A DNA stretch of 60,006 bases from an uncultured Candidatus Peribacteria bacterium (GCA_964480115.1 CAYZOB010000075.1:1-60006), one strand, 5' to 3'; shown: positions 17,201-27,306, counted from the stretch's first letter. Made by a program: numbers and translations. Notes: a model not told the origin generated them from the sequence alone.

Positions 17201-19390
17201 TCCGGGACTTTGAATATTTTGAAGAATATTTTTGGTTTGAATGCGGCCGGCACTACCGCGTTAAGCAGTAATGATGCTTATATTCTTCTTAATGCCGCCG
17301 GTGCCACAGTAAATATTGGTGATGGTACTGCCAATGGCCGCAATGTTTTAGCCGGTAGTTATGTTAATTCAATTATTGTTCAGGCCGCTACAGCGGTGAA
17401 TGTTTTGGCAAATTATATCGGTTTCGCGGTCGATGGTACGACTAAAATTCCAAACGCAACCAATTCTTCCCATCTTCAGACTGCCAGTTTGCCCGCAGCT
17501 GAAATATATTTACAGGGTGGTGGAGCGGTAAGTGTTGTCGGTAATTTGATCAATAATTTTACCAATATCGGTGCATATTATAAAAATGTTACTCCTTCCA
17601 ATGAAAGTACGATGACTTCCGGAAATACCTGGTATACCAAGGCGGGCGGTTTGTCTCCAACCAATAATTTTTGGCAAAGATATAGTGGAGCTACTTTGGC
17701 CGCTTTTGGTCCTAAAGCCTGTGATGACGGCTATGATAACGATGGTGATTCCAAGGCTGACATGAGTGATCCCGGTTGCAGTGAGGCCGGTGATACGGAT
17801 GAAACCGATCCGGTTACGGCTGGTGGTGGAGGTGTAATCATTGCTGTGGCAAATTCTGTAAGTAATGCGAGTAATAGTTCCGCGACAAATTCGGCCGCTC
17901 AGGCTAAGGCTGACGCAGATGCCAAGGTGGCCGCTCAGGCTGAAATTCAGGCTAAAGCTGACGCGGCTGCGGCCGCTCAAGCTGAAGTTCAGGCTAAAGC
18001 CGATGCTGATGCTGCCGCTAAGGCTGAGGTTAATGCTAAAGCTCAGATCAATCAGCCGGTTCAGCCTCAGCAGGTTTCAAATAACGTGAAGAATTATATT
18101 ATTGCCAAGAAATTGGATGAGGGAGTGAACGTAGTTACAAATACCCTGTTGGGTAAAGATGAAGTAAATGTTGATTTGATAATTAAAGATTTGGTTGCTT
18201 CTCAGGCCGTGGCTGAAAGAGTCGAGATTCCGGAAGTGCCTAAAACTCCTGAACAGCAATTGGTTCAGGAAAGTTTGAATAAGTTGAATACCGGAGAAAG
18301 TCTTACTGTTGATGAACAGAGTCAACTTGAAGCTACGGTTGAGAATACGGTTCAAAGTGTCGTGAGTGGTTTTTATCAGAAAGCACAAACCGGTGGCTAT
18401 GTTGTACCGGAAATTGATGTAGTACTTTCCAATGGTAAGACTAAAAAGCTGAGTGGCAATTCCAAGATGGTCTTTACATTTGATGCCAAGAAAGCTGTGG
18501 ATTTTCAGGAATTGGCTGATTTAAAAGGTGAAGATACCTTCGTTTTAACTTCGTCTACGGTGGTCGGTAATAATAATGTTGCCGCATTGGTGACCGTAAT
18601 GAATGGTGGTGAGATCGGTGATCCTTTGGCGGCTGAAAAAATATTCTTTGGTGGTTTGGCTAATTTGGCTAATGAAAAGGATGAAATTAAGGATTTGAAG
18701 CCGGATGTTCCCATGGCTACTAATTTGGCGAATGGTTCCGAAGTTGCTCCCAAGTTCATGATGTGGTTGGCCGGGCCGGGGGCAGGTCAACAGGTTTCGA
18801 TATTTGCTATTGATAAGATAGATTTGAAGGATCCAACAACCTGGAAAATTTATAAACTCGGCAAATATGAGCTTGAACAATATAAGACCGCGGTGGAAGT
18901 AGATTTGACCGGTCAAATGGACATTGATTTGAAAAAATTCACTTTGGTGGTGCAGGACGATAAAGGTAGTGGAACCGCCACGGAAGTTAGTTTGAATAAA
19001 AATGTCGAAATGAAAATGGATACAGTTACCATTAAATCCGGTGAAAAAATAATTCCGTCCGATTTAACTGCCGACCATTCCGGTTGGGCGAAATCCATAC
19101 AAACTTCAGTGTTGATGGCGGCGGTTTCGGCTAAAAAAGACTTGGTAAATGGAGCTGCTGGTGAAATTACGCTTAGAGGCTATGCTGAGCCCGGTAGTGT
19201 GGTATTTGTTACCTGGAAGAGCGTGGTGAAGACTTCGGCTGTAATTGCCGATGCTTCACAGGGTTACTTTGAAGTGCGAGTTCCAAAAGAATTAGAAAAA
19301 GGTGATCATACGGCCTATACTTACAGTTACAATAAAAGTAAAAAGACAGCCAGTAGTTTCGCTAAGATTTTCTTTAGCAAATATTTTTAG
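14210..19390 (+). CDS. Giant (1726 aa) secreted right-handed parallel beta-helix (PbH1-repeat) surface protein
   Basis: Signal peptide (LVAFLTIFAVFSNGAFA). CSLREA-like motif CTFRDAISQLANGDTI. Dozens of approximately 22-25 aa repeats of the type N.I..N...GI.. Acidic Cys-bracketed motif CDDGYDNDGDSKADMSDPGC. Ala/Lys/Asp-rich (AQAKADA)-type repeats. A C-terminal region of about 560 aa with no family recognisable by eye. Confidence 0.85.
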   Translation: MRKYGYLNWLKRLVAFLTIFAVFSNGAFASIWNVDINSDTDPNTCVANEADNDDDCTFRDAISQLANGDTIRFLEDETITDTTAGITSHQITANNITIDATTGNRTVNFDGNQKGGGSAAAFLRIYGTNFTLNGVHLYNYNGNAIQLENGANTANIHDNVIGRNSAAAGTGNSYAVNIAGATGVTIQNNVLSNNGRGILINTLQPVDATIKGNRIGVDGTLSSGALAATGGNTAVANSGAGIEVQGGDFSGGLQIGGSAAADRNIISSNAGSAVWVRSSNAVTGTITVQNNYMGLGLDGSTVLANDTSSTSYGVINVDNGAATAANWTIKDNVISGNTGGIGPIPGIAVRSGGSATIQGNKIGVKADGTTAAGNSGPGILVDAGTVIIGTNSDGTNDAAEANIIANNGADGIENTGAETNTITIAGNSIGLDSAGGADGNTLSGIKINSNATTVAIGKVAPSTPANGRNKIGNNSVNGVEIASTGGTSGSPATVTIVNNYIGTDGTTNYPNTVSGIKFAATSGVTNPTIGSNGDGTNDANEANTIGKNATAGVSATTAEIFIQKAVKNLVIAGNIILGNTPTNGSHGILVNNSTDAVLASIVIGGDDCSTDAHATSNSSVERNYITGIKGEAIYIADAGSASPTATSLTVQCNQVGIKTDGTSSANAIKGVNVVDAGNIVFKDNTIANSATDGVNITGATKVEAYGNKIGTVASGLTPAGNGGYGMIINAATLAVSESIPIPVIIGGITAALGNVFAASSGVAALQINDVAATTTPVTIQGNYVGVCADPFGKGTIATGNLTTCKNTQRGIGIYDGSVTVGGGSGNSIEVDGTLAAGNVIANNGSEGVAIGFGGTPSSVTLTGNIIGLIKSTINDPYNVAAGNTNEGISVSGGTPVITIGGTAGANASANRNVISANGGGIIFKTANNSAATIINNYFNTDWTGVTKLVGAGGGAIDIESGSSTINVGGTGTNQGNLIIPGTSSNLAGAAIETSLTYSGTLNILKNIFGLNAAGTTALSSNDAYILLNAAGATVNIGDGTANGRNVLAGSYVNSIIVQAATAVNVLANYIGFAVDGTTKIPNATNSSHLQTASLPAAEIYLQGGGAVSVVGNLINNFTNIGAYYKNVTPSNESTMTSGNTWYTKAGGLSPTNNFWQRYSGATLAAFGPKACDDGYDNDGDSKADMSDPGCSEAGDTDETDPVTAGGGGVIIAVANSVSNASNSSATNSAAQAKADADAKVAAQAEIQAKADAAAAAQAEVQAKADADAAAKAEVNAKAQINQPVQPQQVSNNVKNYIIAKKLDEGVNVVTNTLLGKDEVNVDLIIKDLVASQAVAERVEIPEVPKTPEQQLVQESLNKLNTGESLTVDEQSQLEATVENTVQSVVSGFYQKAQTGGYVVPEIDVVLSNGKTKKLSGNSKMVFTFDAKKAVDFQELADLKGEDTFVLTSSTVVGNNNVAALVTVMNGGEIGDPLAAEKIFFGGLANLANEKDEIKDLKPDVPMATNLANGSEVAPKFMMWLAGPGAGQQVSIFAIDKIDLKDPTTWKIYKLGKYELEQYKTAVEVDLTGQMDIDLKKFTLVVQDDKGSGTATEVSLNKNVEMKMDTVTIKSGEKIIPSDLTADHSGWAKSIQTSVLMAAVSAKKDLVNGAAGEITLRGYAEPGSVVFVTWKSVVKTSAVIADASQGYFEVRVPKELEKGDHTAYTYSYNKSKKTASSFAKIFFSKYF
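17893..18046 (+). repeat. In-frame tandem repeat encoding A-Q-A-[KE]-[AV]-x-A-K-A-D-A units inside the giant beta-helix gene
   Basis: Reiterated gctcaggctgaa/gctaaagctgac units translating to AAQAKADADAKVAAQAEIQAKADAAAAAQAEVQAKADADAAAKAEVNAKAQ. Confidence 0.8.
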
Positions 19391-19414
19391 TCGCATGGGT
19401 GACTAGAAAAACTA

Positions 19415-19442
19415 TTGACGGCGAATTTTAGCACTCTATAAT
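19415..19442 (+). promoter_or_regulatory. sigma70-type promoter of groES-groEL
   Basis: TTGACG (19415-19420), 16-nt spacer, TATAAT (19437-19442), 40 nt upstream of the groES ATG. Confidence 0.6.
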
Positions 19443-19454
19443 ACGGGGTGCTAA
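19428..19454 (+). promoter_or_regulatory. CIRCE operator (HrcA binding site) overlapping the groES promoter
   Basis: TTAGCACTC-tataatacg-GGGTGCTAA versus consensus TTAGCACTC-N9-GAGTGCTAA: one mismatch, and the -10 box lies in the N9 spacer. Confidence 0.8.
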
Positions 19455-19481
19455 TTTTTTATATTTTAACTTTAAAATAAT

Positions 19482-19775
19482 ATGGCGAAAATTATTCCTA
19501 CAAACGATCATCTGGTGGTGGAGGCTATTGAAGAAGATATGAAGTCCCTAAGCGGGATTATCATTCCCGATACGGCTTCAAAGGAAAAGCCGATGAAAGG
19601 CAAGGTTTTGGCTGTGGGGCCGGGAAAGTTGACCGATGATGGCAAGAGATTGCCAATGGATATTCAGGAAGGTGACACGGTTTTATTCTCGAAATATGGT
19701 CCGACAGAGGTGAAGGTGGATGGCAAGGAGCTTTTGATTCTGGCGGCAAGTGATGTATATGCCAAGCTGGTTTGA
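19482..19775 (+). CDS. groES: Co-chaperonin GroES
   Basis: 97 aa; IIPTNDHLVVEAIEE..GIIIPDTA..KGKVLAVGPG..GDTVLFSKY. Confidence 0.95.
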   Translation: MAKIIPTNDHLVVEAIEEDMKSLSGIIIPDTASKEKPMKGKVLAVGPGKLTDDGKRLPMDIQEGDTVLFSKYGPTEVKVDGKELLILAASDVYAKLV

Positions 19776-19812
19776 GTAGAACTATTTTATTAGCTAATTT
19801 TATAACTTCTAA

Positions 19813-21459
<1,647 letters not shown>

Positions 21460-21468
21460 AAAGTAATC

Positions 21469-21500
21469 GGCCACCCGGAAACGGGTGGCCTTTGTTTGTT
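21469..21500 (+). terminator. Rho-independent terminator after groEL
   Basis: GGCCACCCG-gaaa-CGGGTGGCC (9-bp perfect stem) followed by TTTGTTTGTTT. Confidence 0.8.
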
Positions 21501-21503
21501 TAT

Positions 21504-22544
21504 ATGAATTTACAAAAACTTGAAGAAATATTATCTGCTGAACCAAAGTTTCGTTTGAAACAAGCGTACGAAGCTTTGTTCAAAAACTTTGTGGAATCCT
21601 GGAGTGAGGTCACGGTTTTTTCGAAAGATTTAAGAGAGAAACTGGATAGGGAATTTCCTTTGGCGGTAAATGCGCAGCTGAATAAAGCAATTGATGGTAC
21701 GGTAAAGGCCTTGGTGACTTTTCCTGATGGAAAATTTGTGGAATCGGTACTAATGAGGCATAAAGATGGGCGCAATAGTGTTTGTGTTTCTTGTCAGGCC
21801 GGCTGTCCGATGGCTTGTGCTTTTTGCGCGACAGGAGATATGGGGTTTTTCAGAAATCTTGTGGCCGGGGAGATCGTGGAGCAGGTTTTATTGTTCGAAA
21901 GAATTTTGAAGAAGGAAGGGCAAAGAGTAACTAATGTGATTTTTATGGGTATGGGTGAGCCACTTTATAACTATGCCGAAGTAATGGGGGCGGTGACTAT
22001 TATGAATAAGGATATTGCTATCGCAGCGCGGCATATTTCCATTTCTACTTGTGGAATAGTGAAGGGAATTCAGAAATTGATGGATGAACCGATGCAGATC
22101 AATCTGGCAATTTCTCTGCATGCGCCAAATAATAAGATGCGGGATGAAATTATGCCGGTGAATAAAAGTGATCCGGTGGAGTTGTTGTTAAAAACGGTGA
22201 GCGATTATATTCAGAAAACCAATCGGAAGGTGATGATTGAGTATTTACTTATTGGTGAAGTTAATGATGCGGTGGAGACGGCTAAGGAGTTGGCTAATGT
22301 ATTGAAAAAACAATTGGGTCATTTGTTTGTGGTGAATGTGATTCCATATAATCCGACCGGGCGATTTACGCCGCCGTCCCATGAAAGTGTACGAAAATTC
22401 AAGGAGGAATTAGAGCGAAATGGCGTAACGGTGACGCAGAGATATACTTTCGGTCAAGAAGTTTCGGGCGCTTGCGGGCAGTTAGCCGTGAAGGGAGTTA
22501 AGGGTGTGTCGCGGAGGGGAGTGTTAGGAAAAACTGTGAAGTAG
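21504..22544 (+). CDS. rlmN: 23S rRNA/tRNA (adenine-C2)-methyltransferase RlmN (radical SAM)
   Basis: MNLQKLEEILSAEPKFRLKQAYEALF; radical-SAM cluster CPMACAFCATG; GMGEPL. The ORF-track start at 21381 would overlap groEL and its terminator, so the ATG at 21504 is preferred. Confidence 0.88.
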   Translation: MNLQKLEEILSAEPKFRLKQAYEALFKNFVESWSEVTVFSKDLREKLDREFPLAVNAQLNKAIDGTVKALVTFPDGKFVESVLMRHKDGRNSVCVSCQAGCPMACAFCATGDMGFFRNLVAGEIVEQVLLFERILKKEGQRVTNVIFMGMGEPLYNYAEVMGAVTIMNKDIAIAARHISISTCGIVKGIQKLMDEPMQINLAISLHAPNNKMRDEIMPVNKSDPVELLLKTVSDYIQKTNRKVMIEYLLIGEVNDAVETAKELANVLKKQLGHLFVVNVIPYNPTGRFTPPSHESVRKFKEELERNGVTVTQRYTFGQEVSGACGQLAVKGVKGVSRRGVLGKTVK

Positions 22545-22649
22545 GACTTGTCGAATTTTACAGATTGAAAAGAGTTCATATGAACCAACTGGAATTCAAG
22601 AATGTGTGTTTGTCAAATGAGGAAAAATGAAGTTGAATGCTGGTTTGTT

Positions 22650-23297
22650 CTATATTCTTCCTTTCATTTCCTGTTTAATTTTTCTGAAAAACTTTACCAT
22701 GAAATCATGACGCTCTTTGGCTAGAAGGCGGCCTTCTTTGGTTAACATGCGAGATTTTATGTGGCGCAATTTGACTAGAAATTCACGGTAGGCGGTGTCT
22801 TCTTTGCCGTATTCTTGGGTTTTTAAAATTTCGTCAGTATTTTTTCCGGTATTGTGCAGTTTTGCTCCAAGTTCGCCGGCAAAAAGGAAAGCGCGGCCGA
22901 TACCAATGGCTCCAATAGAATCTAATTTATCAGCGTCGAAGAGAATTTTAGCTTCGAGGGTCTGTGGTTTTATTGTTCCGCGATATCGGTGCGCCTCAAT
23001 GCAATGTGCTATTTTAGCAATTTTTTCTGCTGAAATGTTGTGTTTTCTCAGAATTTCTGCGGCTGAATGGGCGCCGTCTTTAGCGTGATCGGTTTTTCCT
23101 TTGCTTTTGTCTGCCTCATGGCGGCCAATGTCATGCAAAATCGCGGCCAGTTTGAGAATTTTCATATTGCCACCTTCTTTTTTACCAATATGTAGAGCCA
23201 TTTTTAGCACTCTTTCCACGTGATTAAAATCGTGGCTGCCACGGGCATTTGCGAAGTGTCTTTTTGCTTCACTTAGGATCTTGCTGAATTTATCCAT
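22650..23297 (-). CDS. HD-domain phosphohydrolase
   Basis: HDFNHVERV..LAAILHDIGRHE..; 215 aa. Confidence 0.8.
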   Translation of the reverse strand: MDKFSKILSEAKRHFANARGSHDFNHVERVLKMALHIGKKEGGNMKILKLAAILHDIGRHEADKSKGKTDHAKDGAHSAAEILRKHNISAEKIAKIAHCIEAHRYRGTIKPQTLEAKILFDADKLDSIGAIGIGRAFLFAGELGAKLHNTGKNTDEILKTQEYGKEDTAYREFLVKLRHIKSRMLTKEGRLLAKERHDFMVKFFRKIKQEMKGRI

Positions 23298-23300
23298 GTG

Positions 23301-23720
23301 TTACTTTAACTGAATTGAGCGTTCGATTTTGTTGATGGCTTTTGCGGTGTCTTCGTCCCCTTCCTTGTAAAATACCTCGACAGCAACTTTTCCTTCATAG
23401 CCGTAGCTGCCAATTTTCTTTGGCAATTCATCTTTTTGTGCCTGAGACATATCTGCCGTTGGTGCTGGACCTGCATCCGGTTTAAAATTGCCGATCTGAA
23501 TTTTTCCTTTATCATTAGAGACAGTGATGACTTTTGGAGTGCCGAAGTTTTCTTCTTTGAGCTGAAAAATTTCCGGATATTCGATGGCGAATAGGCTGTT
23601 GGAATATGTTTTAAAGCCCGGTTTTTCCACTACATCCCAGGTTACTGGTGCTTGTGTGTTATTGCAGGCTGAGAGAGTCAGTGTTCCCAAAACCAGGATT
23701 GATAGTAGTGATTTTTTCAT
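23301..23720 (-). CDS. Hypothetical lipoprotein
   Basis: Signal peptide plus lipobox (LGTLTLSAC). 139 aa, no recognisable domain. Confidence 0.65.
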   Translation of the reverse strand: MKKSLLSILVLGTLTLSACNNTQAPVTWDVVEKPGFKTYSNSLFAIEYPEIFQLKEENFGTPKVITVSNDKGKIQIGNFKPDAGPAPTADMSQAQKDELPKKIGSYGYEGKVAVEVFYKEGDEDTAKAINKIERSIQLK

Positions 23721-23833
23721 AATAATGTGATGTTAGATGTTTTAGCGTGAAGATTATAATCATTGCTTTAAAAAAAATCTATGATAAGATTTTTGTGTAT
23801 GTTTCATGGTTCAAAAAAAAATGAAGATGGGGT

Positions 23834-23952
23834 GATTGATCTGCGGATTTCATCGGACGCGCACCCCGCGCGTCACGGAGGTCGATTACCGCAATCGACA
23901 TCAAGCCTTGGCTTGACCGCGGCATCGGACGCGCCGGAGTTTAGGATTAATC
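23834..23952 (+). promoter_or_regulatory. Candidate structured RNA (leader or small ncRNA): GC-rich multi-hairpin element
   Basis: Closing helix GATTGATC (23834-41) / GATTAATC (23945-52). Hairpins GACGCGC-acccc-GCGCGTC (23856-74), GTCGAT-taccgca-ATCGAC (23881-99) and CAAGC-cttg-GCTTG (23902-15). The 12-nt direct repeat catcggacgcgc (23851 and 23923) lets GCGCGTC pair with either copy. Markedly GC-rich compared with its surroundings. Confidence 0.4.
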
Positions 23953-24035
23953 GTGTGACGGAAGAAAGACATGTTGCACAGTTTGGTGATCATGCGGTTT
24001 TAGCGACGCCTTTGAGTGATCAAGAAAGTGCTACT

Positions 24036-24281
24036 ATGAAAGCAAATGATAAAGTAAAAGTGAAATTTGATAAATTTGTTAATCTTATCGCAACTCATGC
24101 TTATCAGGAAATTTTTGATAAACATGTTAATGAAGATGTTATTATCAGTACCGATTTATTGGCGGATTTGGCTAATGCTCATGAAGAAAAAGATGATGGT
24201 AAAAAAATTCCACTTTATATTCTTATGGGAGTGCTGTTGGGAGTAATGGTGACTTGGTTTATTTTAAAATCAAACGTTTGA
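24036..24281 (+). CDS. Small hypothetical protein with a C-terminal TM anchor
   Basis: The ORF is formally open from 23781 (166 aa), but its first 85 codons cover the GC-rich hairpin element and encode atypical sequence (SSDAHPARHGGRLPQSTSS..). The ATG at 24036 gives an 81-aa protein (MKANDKVKVKF...IPLYILMGVLLGVMVTWFIL). Confidence 0.5.
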   Translation: MKANDKVKVKFDKFVNLIATHAYQEIFDKHVNEDVIISTDLLADLANAHEEKDDGKKIPLYILMGVLLGVMVTWFILKSNV

Positions 24282-24294
24282 ACTCAGTAATTAT

Positions 24295-25038
24295 ATGGAG
24301 CAATTTAAATTAAAATATAAAAGAATTTTGCTGAAAATTTCAGGGGAAGTTTTTGGTGGTGAAAGTGGAGCAGGCTCCGACGCTAAGGTCGGAGCAGGCG
24401 TGGATGGTAAAGTGATTATGGAGTTGGCAAAAGAGGTTTTTGCATTGCAGAAAATCGGTTGCCAGATTGGCATCGTGATTGGCGGCGGGAATTTCTGGAG
24501 ATATCGTGACTTTCAGCATCTGAAATTTGATCGAGTCACTTCCGATAATATGGGGATGTTGGCTACTATTATGAATGCCCTGGCTTTTGAAGAGGCTTTG
24601 AGGGCGGTGGGTGCCGAAGTGAGATCCATGAGTAGTTTTCCGGCGGAAAAAGCTTTGGAAACTTATACGGTAAAAGGGGCGAGACATGACTTAAATAAGG
24701 GCAGAATTGTGATTTTTGCCGGTGGAACGGGAAGTCCGTTTTTTACTACTGATTCGGCGGCGGCTTTGCGAGCATTGGAGATGAAATGCGATGTGCTGAT
24801 GAAGGCGACAAAAGTTGATTATGTCTACGATAAAGATCCGGTAAAATTTCAAGATGCAAAAAAATATACGCAGTTGACTTATCAGGAAGTGATTGAAAAG
24901 GGCTTGGGAGTAATGGATTTGACTTGTGCCGCGATGTGTAAAGATGGCAAAATTCCCATGCTGGTTTTTAATTTAAACAAAAAAGGAAATATTGAAAAAG
25001 CCGTGAAAGGAGATAAGATAGGAACAATTATCAATTAG
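24295..25038 (+). CDS. pyrH: UMP kinase
   Basis: YKRILLKISGEVFGG..IVIGGGNFWRY..GTGSPFFTTDSAAALRA; 247 aa. Confidence 0.93.
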   Translation: MEQFKLKYKRILLKISGEVFGGESGAGSDAKVGAGVDGKVIMELAKEVFALQKIGCQIGIVIGGGNFWRYRDFQHLKFDRVTSDNMGMLATIMNALAFEEALRAVGAEVRSMSSFPAEKALETYTVKGARHDLNKGRIVIFAGGTGSPFFTTDSAAALRALEMKCDVLMKATKVDYVYDKDPVKFQDAKKYTQLTYQEVIEKGLGVMDLTCAAMCKDGKIPMLVFNLNKKGNIEKAVKGDKIGTIIN

Positions 25039-25058
25039 CAATTATTAATTAACAATTA

Positions 25059-25625
25059 ATGAATATGACATCAGATCAGGCTCTAAATGCGGCAACTCAG
25101 GAATTTGATAAGGCGATAAATCATTTGAAAGATGAGTTTTCCCGTTTGCAATTGGGTCGTGCAAATCCCTCGTTGGTGGAAAATGTGCAGGTGGAGATTT
25201 ATGGCAGTAATCAGCCAATTAAGGCGGTAGCAAGTATTTCCGTGCCGGAGCCCAGAACTTTGGTTATTTCACCTTGGGACAAGTCATCTTTGGCGGCGAT
25301 TGAAAAGGCGATTGTGGGAACGGGATTGGGCTTAAATCCAATCAACGATGGTGTCGTAGTGAGAATTAATATTCCCCCTTTGACGGAAGAACGTCGTATA
25401 CAGTTGGCCAAGGCGGTAAAGAAATTGGCGGAGGAAGGGCGCATCGGTGTGCGTACGGCTAGGCAGGATGCTCATAATGTTTTGAAAGATTTGAAAGCTA
25501 AAAGTGAGATTACGGAAGATGATTGGCGCGGAGCTGACAAGAAATTGCAAGAAAAGGTTGATGGAATAAATACTAAAATTGATGAAATGACTAAGCAGAA
25601 AGAGCAAGATGTGATGACGGTATAG
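25059..25625 (+). CDS. frr: Ribosome recycling factor
   Basis: 188 aa; ..RTLVISPWDKS..IPPLTEERR..AKVAVRNIRRD-type region (VRTARQDAHN). Confidence 0.93.
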   Translation: MNMTSDQALNAATQEFDKAINHLKDEFSRLQLGRANPSLVENVQVEIYGSNQPIKAVASISVPEPRTLVISPWDKSSLAAIEKAIVGTGLGLNPINDGVVVRINIPPLTEERRIQLAKAVKKLAEEGRIGVRTARQDAHNVLKDLKAKSEITEDDWRGADKKLQEKVDGINTKIDEMTKQKEQDVMTV

Positions 25626-25689
25626 GCCAATTAGAAATTATTAATTATCAATGCACGCTGTTAATTTCAGCTAATAATTGAACTCTCTC

Positions 25690-27306
25690 ATGTCCTATGT
25701 GCTTTCAGTAATAGCTTTTATAGTTATTTTTTCGGTTTTGGTTTTGGTTCATGAGTTTGGGCATTTTATTATGGCTAAAAAAGCTGGAATTAAAGTGGAA
25801 GAATTTGGTTTTGGCTTGCCTCCAAGATTGTGGGGCAAGAGAAAAGGGGAAACTATATATTCCATAAATTGGATTCCTTTTGGCGGATTCGTGAGAATGT
25901 ATGGTGAGGAGGGAAAGATTAAAGCTAAACGCAGTTTTGCGGCTCAGCCAATGAGGGCAAGGGTACTGGTGATAGTGGCGGGGGTGGTGATGAATTTTTT
26001 GCTGGCCTGGTTGTTGATGTTTATAGGATTTACCGTCGGAATGAAGCCGATTATTCAAGATCTTGATGGTTTTTTTAAAGCGGTGGATAAGGGTCAAATT
26101 GTTTTACATCAAGGTGTGGTGGTGAAAACGGTGGAGGAAGGGACGATTGCAGCACAGGCCGGGTTTAAGAGAGGGGATATAATTTATGCAATTGATGGAA
26201 AAGCAGTGAATTTTACCAATATTGAAAAGATTGCAAAAAATTCGGCAAAGTTTTATGGAGTTGTGCGCAATGATGAGCAATTAAATATCCAGGTAGCTGC
26301 AAAAGGTGAGATGAAACTGGGTTTGGTTTTTGATGATTTTAATGCTTTTCCGAGAGTAAGGATTTTTAATTTGAAATCGGGTACAGCACTGTATGATGCT
26401 GGTTTACGTTCGGATGATGTGATTTTGAGTGTAAACGGGCAACAAATTTTTACTATTTCCGAATACGAATCTTCAATAAAGGGTAAGAATCAATTGAAAT
26501 ATAGTGTTTATAGAGGTGGCCAGGTGAAGCAGGTTATCCTTGAGAATCGGGCGATTATCGAGCATAGTGATGTGCGGAGGGTCATTATTGATGATGTTTT
26601 GCCGGATTCACCGGCTGAAAAGGGGGGGCTTGAAAATGAAGACATTGTAGTGGCTATAAACGGAGTATTGTTTAGTGATAGTCAGGATGTGGTGAATTAT
26701 ATTCAGGAACATAGAAATGAAAATCTGGCTTTTGATGTTGAGAGATTGGGACAGAAATTTTCTTATAAAATTAAACCCGAGGAAGGGCGGGCGGGAATTT
26801 TGCTTGCCGAGTTAAGGAGCTATGAAAATCAGGAGGGAATAAGTGTTTATAACTCTGATCAAATTGCTTCGCTGATTGAAGTTAAAAATGAACAGTATCC
26901 TTTTTATGTGGCTATTTATAAATCGTTGGGTACGACATGGAAAATGTCTGTTTCTACAGCAAGGATGTTTGTGAGTTTTGTTGGCGGTTTGTTAAGAAGC
27001 GGAGAAGTACCGGAGAATGTTTCCGGCCCGATAGGTATTGCCAAGATGACGCACGGTTTTGTACAGGAAGGTTGGATGCCTTTGCTTGGATTTGTGGCGA
27101 TGTTGTCCTTGAGTTTGGCGGTGATAAATATTTTGCCTTTTCCGGCTTTGGATGGTGGCCGCTTGTTGTTTATTATTATTGAGTTAGTTATAGGGCGCAG
27201 GGTGAATCCGAAATGGGAGAATCGGATCCATGTTTTTGGCTATTTCCTTATTATGCTGCTGATTTTAGTTGTGACTTATAGCGATATTGTACGACTTATA
27301 AAGTAA
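25690..27306 (+). CDS. rseP: RIP metalloprotease RseP (site-2 protease, M50) with PDZ domains
   Basis: HEFGHFIMAK zinc motif near the N-terminus, PDZ-like segments in the middle, and NILPFPALDGGRLLF near the C-terminus. The ORF also opens at TTG 25678. Confidence 0.9.
   Translation: MSYVLSVIAFIVIFSVLVLVHEFGHFIMAKKAGIKVEEFGFGLPPRLWGKRKGETIYSINWIPFGGFVRMYGEEGKIKAKRSFAAQPMRARVLVIVAGVVMNFLLAWLLMFIGFTVGMKPIIQDLDGFFKAVDKGQIVLHQGVVVKTVEEGTIAAQAGFKRGDIIYAIDGKAVNFTNIEKIAKNSAKFYGVVRNDEQLNIQVAAKGEMKLGLVFDDFNAFPRVRIFNLKSGTALYDAGLRSDDVILSVNGQQIFTISEYESSIKGKNQLKYSVYRGGQVKQVILENRAIIEHSDVRRVIIDDVLPDSPAEKGGLENEDIVVAINGVLFSDSQDVVNYIQEHRNENLAFDVERLGQKFSYKIKPEEGRAGILLAELRSYENQEGISVYNSDQIASLIEVKNEQYPFYVAIYKSLGTTWKMSVSTARMFVSFVGGLLRSGEVPENVSGPIGIAKMTHGFVQEGWMPLLGFVAMLSLSLAVINILPFPALDGGRLLFIIIELVIGRRVNPKWENRIHVFGYFLIMLLILVVTYSDIVRLIK

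Noticed and set aside
23781-24035. The first 85 codons of the 166-aa ORF as genuine coding sequence.
   Set aside because: Its composition (GC-rich; Ser/Ala/Pro/Arg/His) is unlike every other protein here, and the DNA forms consecutive perfect hairpins. It is treated as RNA structure, with the protein starting at 24036. This is not proven.
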